64,000 bases of DNA from an uncultured archaeon (GTDB lineage Archaea > Altiarchaeota > Altiarchaeia > IMC4 > SCGC-AAA252-I15): positions 1-64,000 of the forward strand of contig CABMCB010000094.1 in assembly GCA_902384455.1 (NCBI GenBank), given 5' to 3'. Below, piece by piece: positions 55,898 to 64,000 of this stretch. The first letter of the stretch is position 1. Each line of letters opens with the position of its first letter. The notes beneath the pieces are model-generated. The model was not told where the DNA came from and searched no databases. It worked only from the letters and a program-made list of their open reading frames with translations. The position numbers and the translations under genes were made by a program.

Positions 55898-57355
55898 TTA
55901 CACCCCCACGTCGGCGACGATGCGCGTTAGTAACGAAGTAAGCCATGCGGGGAAGTATATTCCCAGCACGAATATGAGTATGAGCAATGCTACAATAGGC
56001 ATTTCCATGCCTATGTGCACCTGGTATTTCTTTGATGAAGCGACGTTTTTCTCCTCTATCTGAGAGAACATTTTGGTGAGCACAAGGGCGAATGATGACG
56101 CTGCCGCAACCAGCAGTATGAGTAGGATAAGCAGGAGTCCTGTGGATGCGTTCCCCGCCTGCAGCAGGATGGACAGCTTGGACATGAATATCATGAATGG
56201 CGGCATTCCAGCTATTGCGGCGCTGCCAAGCATCATGCCCAATGATGCGAGGGGTTGCAGCTTAAGCGCATTCTCCATTTTTTCCACGCGGTTGCTTTGG
56301 TACTGCTGGTGGAGTATTCCCGCTGAGAAGAATAGCAGCGCCTTTGTGAGCGCGTGAGCTAGGACGTGGTAGAGGACCCAGAATAGGGCTATTGGAGTGC
56401 CTATGCCTATGCCCACCAGCATTATGCCCATATGTTCTATGCTGGAGAAAGCGATGAGTTTCTTGAGGTTTCTCTGCGTTAGCATGCTGAATGCCGCAAT
56501 GAAAATGCTGAGCATGCCGAAAAATAGGAGTATCTTGGTGAAGGGGATTATTGCTGGCGTTTGCCTTACTATGGCCGTAAGCCGCAGTATCCCGTAGACG
56601 CCTATGTTGAGTAGTACCGCAGAGAGCACGGCGCTTATCGCAGATGGGGCTCGTGAGTGGGCGTGCGGAAGCCAGGTGTGGAATGGGGCTATCCCGGATT
56701 TGGCGGCAAACCCTATGAAAACAAAGACGGCGGCGGCCGCAAGTAGTGTGGGAGGGAACTCTTTGGCGTGCGCTGTGATGTCGCTTAGGTTTAGTGTTCC
56801 TGCGGCAAGCGTGTGCTGCGTAAGCGCGAAAAAGAGTATGATGCCGATGAACGAGAAGAGCATTGCAATCGACGTTACAAATATGTATTTGAGGGAGGCG
56901 TCGATGTTCTTGGTGGAGTTGAGGATGGCGATAAGCAGCGCGGAAACGAATGTAGTCAGCTCCGCGAAAATCCAAAAGAGCGCCAGATTGTTTGAGGAAA
57001 ACACAAGAACAGTCAGCAGCATCAGTATGTTGTATGCGATGTAGAACACCTGCATGTCCCTTTTGTCGAGCTCCTGATGCTGTATCATCCCCTTTATGTA
57101 CCCCTTCAGGTACACGGCCGCAAGTAGGAACACCGTTCCCGCAATCAGTATTTCGTAAGCGGCTAGGTGGTCTATTAGGAGGTCTTTGTTTTCTAGGTAA
57201 GTGAGGGGTAGGTTTCCTTGGAAGGCGATAATCGCCGTTATCATCGCTCCCGCGGCGTTCATAACGGTCAGGATGTTCATTATCCGGTGCGACCTCGCAA
57301 CGGACACTACCGAGGAGACCAGCAGACTGAAAACCACGTAGTATATGAGTATCAT
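55898..57355 (-). CDS. hyfF: HyfF-like antiporter-like subunit
   Basis: AELTT, KSGIAPFHTWLP.AH..AP, KKLIAFSSIEHMG, AGMPPF. Confidence 0.85.
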   Translation of the reverse strand: MILIYYVVFSLLVSSVVSVARSHRIMNILTVMNAAGAMITAIIAFQGNLPLTYLENKDLLIDHLAAYEILIAGTVFLLAAVYLKGYIKGMIQHQELDKRDMQVFYIAYNILMLLTVLVFSSNNLALFWIFAELTTFVSALLIAILNSTKNIDASLKYIFVTSIAMLFSFIGIILFFALTQHTLAAGTLNLSDITAHAKEFPPTLLAAAAVFVFIGFAAKSGIAPFHTWLPHAHSRAPSAISAVLSAVLLNIGVYGILRLTAIVRQTPAIIPFTKILLFFGMLSIFIAAFSMLTQRNLKKLIAFSSIEHMGIMLVGIGIGTPIALFWVLYHVLAHALTKALLFFSAGILHQQYQSNRVEKMENALKLQPLASLGMMLGSAAIAGMPPFMIFMSKLSILLQAGNASTGLLLILLILLVAAASSFALVLTKMFSQIEEKNVASSKKYQVHIGMEMPIVALLILIFVLGIYFPAWLTSLLTRIVADVGV

Positions 57356-57356
57356 C

Positions 57357-58040
57357 TTAATCCTCCTCCTTAGACCACCCGTGGAAAGGGTGAAGCCGCA
57401 TATGGAATTCCTCGATGCTCGAGTCTATGCCTATAGTGAGTATCAACGCAAGCAGCACAAGGATGAACAGGTCAATCATAATCAAAACCTCCACGATGAA
57501 AGGAAGCTCGGCCAAAAATAAACTGAAAAGTAGGACGCCGTTCTCCATCACCAAGTACCCGATGATTTTGGTGACAAGCTTCTTGCGGCTGACAGCCACC
57601 ATCATGCCCATTAACGTAAGCGAGACGCCGAATACTGCGCCAAGGTAAAATAGGTTGCTTAAGGCCAGTTCACGGATGATCTCGGAAAAAGCCGTATAGA
57701 CCAGCAGGATGAGTATTATGGTGGCAACCAAAGAGCGCGCAGGAGTGAAATAATGAAACTCAAGGTCCCGTTTTATGCGCATCTCCCTCTGAATGCTGCG
57801 CATTACGTACGGAATCAGTATGACCTTGCTTATGAGAGTTAGAGCGGCAAGGTACAGAAGAACCGAACTTCCATCCAACAGGTAAAGGAATACGGCCGCA
57901 AGCACCAGAAGGAATGACTGTGCGGCATATGTGGAGACTAGCGAGAATAGGTCTCGTCTGGTGACGACTAATGCGCCTGTGATGAACGTGAGTGCTAGAA
58001 GTACTTTAATCCATTCTGTTAGTAGCAGCGGGTCGATCAT
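57357..58040 (-). CDS. hyfE: HyfE-like membrane subunit
   Basis: QS.LL, SK..LIP, IGYLVMENG; operon position. Confidence 0.8.
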   Translation of the reverse strand: MIDPLLLTEWIKVLLALTFITGALVVTRRDLFSLVSTYAAQSFLLVLAAVFLYLLDGSSVLLYLAALTLISKVILIPYVMRSIQREMRIKRDLEFHYFTPARSLVATIILILLVYTAFSEIIRELALSNLFYLGAVFGVSLTLMGMMVAVSRKKLVTKIIGYLVMENGVLLFSLFLAELPFIVEVLIMIDLFILVLLALILTIGIDSSIEEFHMRLHPFHGWSKEED

Positions 58041-58978
58041 TTGAAGACCTCCAGGAATAGTGTGAGGACTGAAAAGAAGAATGCGGTCATGAACACGTTA
58101 GGCAGGTTGAATAGGCGCAATTTGGCTATTGACGACTCGACGACTCCTATGGCGAACGCAAGCACAGCGCCCTTAACAAGGAAGCTTAATGCGCCGACTG
58201 CTATTCCCACGAGCGTCGCATCTGAGGATAGGCCCCATGGTACGAGGAGGTTTATGAATATACCCATTAGTAGGGTCTGTTTTACTGCGTGGGAAAGTTC
58301 CATGAGAGCAAGGTCGCTGCCGGATAGTTCCAGAATCATGGCTTCATGTATCATGGTGAGCTCAAGGTGTGTTTCGGGGTTGTCTACAGGTATCCGCGCA
58401 GTTTCCGTGATTAGGACGATAAACAGTGGAATAGAGATTAGGATAAATGCGGGGTCCATGAAGAAGCCGGTTCCTGCCGTCGCCCTAAACATCTCATGGA
58501 AGTTGGTGGTATGCAGTATGAACGCAAGCGCGGTGAAAACCATGACGGTAATCGGCTCTATTACCGCGGAGATGCTCATCTCCCGTGAGCTTCCCATCCC
58601 CCCGAATGTGCTTCCTGCGTCCAAACCCGCAAGAGCCATGAAAAACCGCGCGAGCGCCAGCAGGTACAGGAACAGTATGACGTTTCCTATGCCGTCGACA
58701 GGCGAAGGAACGAAAGCGAGGGGCACGAAAAGTGCGGCAACTACCATCGCTATTATGCTAACGTAAGGTGTTGCCCGCATAATCCACGACGCGTTTGAGG
58801 AGTACACCCGCTCTTTCCTCATCAATTTCGCAATGCTATAGTACTGCTGAAGAAGCGGCGGACCCCTGCGCCTTTGGGCGTACGCCTTGACCTTCTTTAT
58901 GAGCCCCATGAACAGCGGAGAAACCAATAAAGCCACCGCCACGTTCACTATACAGTATAGTACGAAGGAGCCGGTCAC
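58037..58978 (-). CDS. hyfC: HyfC/NuoH-like membrane subunit
   Basis: QRRRGPP, FGGMGSSRE, RIPVDNPETHLELTMIHEAM; GTG start overlaps the hyfB stop. Confidence 0.9.
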   Translation of the reverse strand: MTGSFVLYCIVNVAVALLVSPLFMGLIKKVKAYAQRRRGPPLLQQYYSIAKLMRKERVYSSNASWIMRATPYVSIIAMVVAALFVPLAFVPSPVDGIGNVILFLYLLALARFFMALAGLDAGSTFGGMGSSREMSISAVIEPITVMVFTALAFILHTTNFHEMFRATAGTGFFMDPAFILISIPLFIVLITETARIPVDNPETHLELTMIHEAMILELSGSDLALMELSHAVKQTLLMGIFINLLVPWGLSSDATLVGIAVGALSFLVKGAVLAFAIGVVESSIAKLRLFNLPNVFMTAFFFSVLTLFLEVFK

Positions 58979-60921
58979 AGGTACCACCCCAAAAGAACCA
59001 GTAACGCCACGACCGCTATGAAGCCGTAGTTAATGTACGAATCGAGGTTGCCGTTCTGCAGCGCCGAAACCGAACGCGAAATGCCGCCCGCCATCTTAGC
59101 AACAGGCATGTAAAGGTACTCCTCAAAAAACTTCATCAGGTGAATCTCTGCATATCCCCCCTTGAAAATAACCTGCTTATTATCGAAGAACGTCCTATCA
59201 CTGACTTTCTTAGTCTGGTAAACAGGCTTGAATATGGTGACAATAGGCTCGGAAAACCCTGACGCCGTATACTCCATCTTACTGTTCTGCGAAAGCAGCC
59301 CGCACCCCCACGTCTCGCTAACACGACTTCTGCGAACGGACAACGTAAAGACCGCAATATACACTGCCGCATAAACCAAAAGCAAAAGCAAACCAACCAA
59401 AAGAAGATTCGGGATAAGAAGCGGATAACCTAACCACGACAAAAGCGGCGCGGAAAAGACACCGAGAAAAACGCACAAAAAGGCAAGAAAACCAGGACCA
59501 ACCAACATCAGAAACGGCACCTCCTTCGACTTCTGCGCCTCCTCAGACCTCGGAACCGCAAGGAACATGACACCGAACGCCTTAACGAAACACGCGGCAG
59601 CAAGCGCGCTGGTTAATGCGAAAACGGAGAGGCACATCATCAGCGACAACTGAAGCATCGGGTGGTTCTGCAGCGCGTAAGACTGAAGAAGCACCTGGAA
59701 TATCATCAATTCGCTTACAAATCCATTGAAAGGAGGCAACGCCGATATGGACACCGCACCCACAAGGAAGAATAACGCAGTATACGGCATACGCTTAATC
59801 AAGCCTCCCATTTCCTCTATGTTCTGCGTCTTTACTGCGCTTACGACCGAACCCGCAGTGAGGAACAGGAGGCTCTTGAACAGCGCGTGATTGAGGGTGT
59901 GGAATAGGGCGCCTATGAGGCTGAGGAACGCCAGGTCCGCAAGCCCGTAATGCAGGAAGATAGGATACAAACCAAATCCTATAAGAATTATGCCGACGTT
60001 CTCTATGCTGTGGTACGCAAGAAGCCGCTTGATATCATGCTCCTTGAGGGCGTATATCACGCCCAAAATGGCGGACGTAGTACCTACGACTAAGATGATG
60101 ATGCCCCACCAGGGGTTGGGCGGCAGGACATATAGGACGAACCGCATCAGACCGTATATCGCCACCTTTATCATTACGCCGGACATTAAGGCGGATATGT
60201 TTGAGGGGCTGGCGGGGTGCGCGTAAGGCAACCACTTGTGGAAAGGTATGACTCCCGCTTTAATCCCGAATCCCACAAGCAACGCCAAGAATACGGCGGC
60301 CGCAGACCCAGTCGCGATTTCAACGGCCGTTATGCTAAGTGATCCGCTTGCGCGGTATAGCAGGGAGAATGCGATTATTAGGAAGACTGTGCTTAACTGC
60401 GTCATTGCGAAGTAGAATATTCCTGCTTTTCTTGTTTCCGGCTTCTCGTACTCGAACATCACAAGGAAGAAGGATGAAAGCGACATGAGCTCCCAGAAGA
60501 ATAGGAATGAAAAGGTGTTTTCTGACGCCACTACGAGGACCATGGAGAGTATGAAAACGTTCATTAGGGAGGCCAGCACGTTTTTGCGGCGCACGTGCCT
60601 GCCGTGTTCCACATACTGGATGGAGTATACCGCCACCGCCAGCGAGACTACGGATATTACGAGGATGAAGAATGAGGCAAGCCGGTCTACTGCGAATGAC
60701 AACGCCAGCGACGGCGCAAGGGAATAAGCGGCGAAATAAGTCTCCTGATTCGCATATATTGTTGCCGAAGAGAAGGATAGAAACAGAAGGGACGATACTA
60801 CAGTAAGCAGAAAAGAAATCCGCCTAACAGACCTGCCCAGACGCAAAGAAAAAAGAAGCGGCAACAGAGAGCCGACGAGGGAGAACGCCACACCACCGCA
60901 GAACAATGAAGACGTAAGCAT
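58975..60921 (-). CDS. hyfB: HyfB-like antiporter-like subunit
   Basis: FWELMS, PFHKWLPYAHP, KRLLAYHSIEN, ALPPFNGFVSE, TWGCG. Confidence 0.9.
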   Translation of the reverse strand: MLTSSLFCGGVAFSLVGSLLPLLFSLRLGRSVRRISFLLTVVSSLLFLSFSSATIYANQETYFAAYSLAPSLALSFAVDRLASFFILVISVVSLAVAVYSIQYVEHGRHVRRKNVLASLMNVFILSMVLVVASENTFSFLFFWELMSLSSFFLVMFEYEKPETRKAGIFYFAMTQLSTVFLIIAFSLLYRASGSLSITAVEIATGSAAAVFLALLVGFGIKAGVIPFHKWLPYAHPASPSNISALMSGVMIKVAIYGLMRFVLYVLPPNPWWGIIILVVGTTSAILGVIYALKEHDIKRLLAYHSIENVGIILIGFGLYPIFLHYGLADLAFLSLIGALFHTLNHALFKSLLFLTAGSVVSAVKTQNIEEMGGLIKRMPYTALFFLVGAVSISALPPFNGFVSELMIFQVLLQSYALQNHPMLQLSLMMCLSVFALTSALAAACFVKAFGVMFLAVPRSEEAQKSKEVPFLMLVGPGFLAFLCVFLGVFSAPLLSWLGYPLLIPNLLLVGLLLLLVYAAVYIAVFTLSVRRSRVSETWGCGLLSQNSKMEYTASGFSEPIVTIFKPVYQTKKVSDRTFFDNKQVIFKGGYAEIHLMKFFEEYLYMPVAKMAGGISRSVSALQNGNLDSYINYGFIAVVALLVLLGWYL

Positions 60922-61012
60922 CTTAGTCGCCTTTGGATTTCATAACGCAATTTCTAGCGTTCTTATTCATCCCCCCTCTTTAAGAACATTCATTCAATGA
61001 CCAAAAAAAGCG

Positions 61013-62224
61013 TCATCCGCCAAACATCAGAATGCCCGGCTTGAATATTAGTATGAGGCCGAGAAGCAGCATTAGTGTGCCGCCGATTAGTTTTCCTATT
61101 TTTCCTTCTTTCGCATCTAGTTTGCGGCTGCGCAACGTATATACCGCTATGCTAAAGACGAGAAGGTCATCCAGCATGTAGAAGAAGATGTATAGGCTCA
61201 AGTAAGCGTAGTACATTGGAGCGGAGAGGTTGTTTAAAGTCAATACTCTAGTGTAAATGGCGGGAAACCCGGCCGTGCACGCAAGCTCCACTAGGTTGAC
61301 GGCGAACGCCAAAACTATTGTGCCGGCGATTGTCGCAGGCAACGCTCCCTCGTGGACTATACTGCGCATCCGCTTGAATATGCCTGGTTTGACGCTTTCA
61401 GGTATCGTAAGCGACGGACCCTTCTTGAACCAAAACACGTCCTTAAGGTTTATGAGGCCTGCTGCCACCGCGAACGCTCCTATTGCAACGCGGGTCGGGG
61501 TTGCGTAGCCCACAAACAGGAATAAATTAAGCCACGCGGCCATAAACAGGAAGTAGCTTATGCCGGAAGCCAAAATGAATATCCCGCCTACGAGGAACAT
61601 CTTTCTTCGGCTTCTTGTGTACACTAAAAGCGCAAGAAGGAAAGTCAACACCCACATAGCGCAGGGGTTAAATCCGTCCAAAAGGCCGACGGCCATTGTG
61701 AAGGCGGGCAAGCTGACTGTGAGAGGGTCTACTTCGCCAAGGCCAGGAACCAGCATGATGTTTGAAACGTTTTCCGGCTGAACCAACTCCAGTTTCATGG
61801 AGGAATTAGTAAGTTTGAGGTATGGGCTGAGGCAGCCGTATTTTATGCAGAATTTTACTTTGTTTTCAATTCTCTGCCCTGAAACAAACGTGTTGCCGTA
61901 GCCGGCAAAGTATGTGTCGCCTATGAAGTTTGCCGGCACTCCGCCGGGTTTCTCGCCGTATGCGTCCGTGAAATTCAGAAGCAGAGGCACAAATTCAGGA
62001 TTCGTCTCTAAGTCGTAATAATCAAACGTGACCTGAGGATAACGGACTAAAAGTTCAGACATGAACTCTTTCTCCGCCTGACAGTGAGGGCAACTTGTGC
62101 GCCCGAAAACAACCAACGTGACGTTGTACTCCGGCTGCCCCACATCATCCGCTGAAACAGGCAGAAGAAGGAGAAAGACGGAGAATAGTATGATTGCCGC
62201 CTTGAAACTCAAATATGACGCCAT
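61013..62224 (-). CDS. Thioredoxin-like domain + CcdA/DsbD-like membrane domain protein
   Basis: CPHC; LDGFNPCAMWVL; ELACTAGFP. Confidence 0.85.
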   Translation of the reverse strand: MASYLSFKAAIILFSVFLLLLPVSADDVGQPEYNVTLVVFGRTSCPHCQAEKEFMSELLVRYPQVTFDYYDLETNPEFVPLLLNFTDAYGEKPGGVPANFIGDTYFAGYGNTFVSGQRIENKVKFCIKYGCLSPYLKLTNSSMKLELVQPENVSNIMLVPGLGEVDPLTVSLPAFTMAVGLLDGFNPCAMWVLTFLLALLVYTRSRRKMFLVGGIFILASGISYFLFMAAWLNLFLFVGYATPTRVAIGAFAVAAGLINLKDVFWFKKGPSLTIPESVKPGIFKRMRSIVHEGALPATIAGTIVLAFAVNLVELACTAGFPAIYTRVLTLNNLSAPMYYAYLSLYIFFYMLDDLLVFSIAVYTLRSRKLDAKEGKIGKLIGGTLMLLLGLILIFKPGILMFGG

Positions 62225-62234
62225 ATCAGCGGTC

Positions 62235-63197
62235 CTAAACTTCGTAACCTAATTCCCGCGTAAGCTCCTCATACCTATTGCGGATAGTAATCTCGGTCAC
62301 ACCCGACAGCTTCTCAGCAATCTCCTTCTGAGTGTAACGCTCACGAGTAAGCTTCCCAGCCAAATAAATAGCAGCAGCCGCAACACCAGTAGGACCGCGG
62401 CCCGACGTAATACCCTTCTCGCGGGCCCGCTGAATTATTTCCATAGCCTTCGCCTCAGTCTCCCCGCTTATTCCCAACTCGCTAGCGAACTTAGGAACAT
62501 AATCCATGGGAGTCGCAACAGGCATCTTAAGGCCGAGTTTGCGGCAGCAGAAGCGGTAACTTTTTCCGATGTCCTTCTTGCTTTTGCCGGTCGCCTCGGA
62601 AAGCTCGTCCAGCGTCTTAGGCTGCCCGTGCTTCCGGGTTACGAAATATACGATTGCGGCAACAACACTCTCTATGCTGCGCCCCCGCGTCAGCCCCTGA
62701 TTGACGGCTTTGCGGTAAATCATGGCGCACTCCTCCTTTATGTTGTTGTTTATGGAAAGGAAACTGCAGACTCGGTCCAACTCCGGAAGCGCAATAGAAA
62801 GGTTCCTGTGGACGCTGTCGCTCATGCGGCTGCGCCGCTGCCACTTACGCAGACGATACAACTGAGCCTTCCTCTCCGGCTGAATGTTACCCCCGCGAAT
62901 GTCGCGATCATAACGGTCGATTTCAGTGGTAAGACCTTTGTTAAGCTTAGCGAACTTGACTGGGCCGCCGGTGCGGCTTCTTTTGGCGGTCTGCTCCTGA
63001 TCGAACGCCCGCCACTCCGGACCGCTGTCGATAAGATTTTCCTCAATAACGGTGCCGCATGCTTTGCAGACTATTTCAGCGTGCTTGCGGTCCGTGAACA
63101 AGTTTCCGCTGCCGCATTCAGGGCAGACCTTTATTTCTTCTCCGGGGGTAGACTCAGGTTTTTCCCCCTTCACCATTTGCATTGATTTAACTGTCAT
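62235..63197 (-). CDS. tfb: Transcription initiation factor IIB
   Basis: CPECGS...C..CG Zn ribbon, GPEWRAF, two cyclin repeats (RGRSIE, SGRGP, TEITIRNRY); exact start uncertain. Confidence 0.97.
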   Translation of the reverse strand: MTVKSMQMVKGEKPESTPGEEIKVCPECGSGNLFTDRKHAEIVCKACGTVIEENLIDSGPEWRAFDQEQTAKRSRTGGPVKFAKLNKGLTTEIDRYDRDIRGGNIQPERKAQLYRLRKWQRRSRMSDSVHRNLSIALPELDRVCSFLSINNNIKEECAMIYRKAVNQGLTRGRSIESVVAAIVYFVTRKHGQPKTLDELSEATGKSKKDIGKSYRFCCRKLGLKMPVATPMDYVPKFASELGISGETEAKAMEIIQRAREKGITSGRGPTGVAAAAIYLAGKLTRERYTQKEIAEKLSGVTEITIRNRYEELTRELGYEV

Positions 63198-63360
63198 CTT
63201 AGAACCGTGTAAAAGGCAGAATGAAGAGTATATTGCTTCTTTACCGCTTAAAAAAGAGGCAGTATTCAAAAAGTTACCTGATTTCGGCCGGATTCTTATT
63301 CTTTAGCATTTTTTAAGGGGGGAACATAAAGAGTGGATGACAGTTTTTGTAGGCACTCAC

Positions 63361-64000
63361 ATGAAAAAAATCTATTTAGGATTAATGGTTTTCACCTTGG
63401 CCCTGTTTGCTTTCAACGCATCCGGAGCAGGACAGAACGGGCAAGACAACCGCCCTGACGCTCAAGTCGTCCCATACAAAGGGAACGAGATTAAGAACTA
63501 CAGCCTGTTTGACTGCGGCAACACCACAGACAAGAAGGAGGAATTAAAGTGCAAAACATCTGCACGGATAAGAGAGGATGAAGGAAACAAAAGCAGATTT
63601 ACCGGAATCAACTGCTCAAACATAACTGGAGTAGGAGACCGAATAAGATGCCGCATCAAAACGCAAGTAAACGAAAAAACAAACAAAAGCGAATGCGCCG
63701 AGCAAACAGGAGAAAACCAGACTCAATGCGAACAAAAATACCAGAAAACCAAAGACTGCTGGAAGAAAAACCTAACTGACGACCGCATATCATGCATAAA
63801 AGAAAAACTAAACGCCACAGACTTCCAAGAGCGCAAACAAGAATGCATGAACAAAACAGAACAAGAACGCGGACAATGCATAGCAGACCTAAAACGCGCG
63901 GCCTACGACGCAGTGCTACTTAGGTTTGAAAACATCGAAGACCGCATACAAACCCTCCAAAACAAAAGCCTGCTCACAACGGCAGAAGCCGATGAATACA
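63361..64000 (+). CDS. Secreted Cys-rich helical protein (runs off window end)
   Basis: Signal peptide MKKIYLGLMVFTLALFAFNASG, repeated Cys pairs, frame open to the edge. Confidence 0.75.
   Translation, partial: MKKIYLGLMVFTLALFAFNASGAGQNGQDNRPDAQVVPYKGNEIKNYSLFDCGNTTDKKEELKCKTSARIREDEGNKSRFTGINCSNITGVGDRIRCRIKTQVNEKTNKSECAEQTGENQTQCEQKYQKTKDCWKKNLTDDRISCIKEKLNATDFQERKQECMNKTEQERGQCIADLKRAAYDAVLLRFENIEDRIQTLQNKSLLTTAEADEY

Overview
This is archaeal chromosomal DNA (csl4, rpoL/Rpo11, TFB, TATA-like boxes about 25 nt ahead of leaderless starts, tRNA without encoded CCA). Gene content suggests a DPANN-type lineage such as Altiarchaeota, but that is inference. The left arm (1-24 kb) carries ahcY, csl4-rpoL, a His-less pseudo-histidine kinase, a minimal group 3-type NiFe hydrogenase cluster, and nrdD-nrdG preceded by tandem NrdR-type boxes. 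About 24.3-47.6 kb is a mosaic island lying between an unclassified ~115-nt structured RNA candidate and tRNA-Leu(TAG). Its left part is defence cargo: GIY-YIG-RAMA, DUF262/DUF1524, a RecB/Cas4-like nuclease, an unknown gene pair, a PLD-SNF2 helicase, an N6 MTase and an N4 MTase. It also holds three tandem paralogues of an uncharacterised winged-helix family with a fourth copy at 5.3 kb, a single-repeat 'half-TBP', and a wHTH-PUR/PC4 regulator. It ends in a minimal T4SS-like operon (SSB-like, VirB2 pilin, surface protein, VirB6, PrgI/VirB3, and VirB4 fused to a PD-(D/E)xK-like domain) with no recognisable relaxase, coupling protein or integrase. The island ends share a palindromic motif, and a 32-bp copy of one wHTH gene's start region lies in a structured, tRNA-like non-coding stretch. 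The right arm carries a double DsbA, a solo Cas4-like nuclease, an Ehr/Hyf complex whose small subunit has lost its Fe-S cysteines, and tfb. All family calls come from reading motifs by eye, without database searches.
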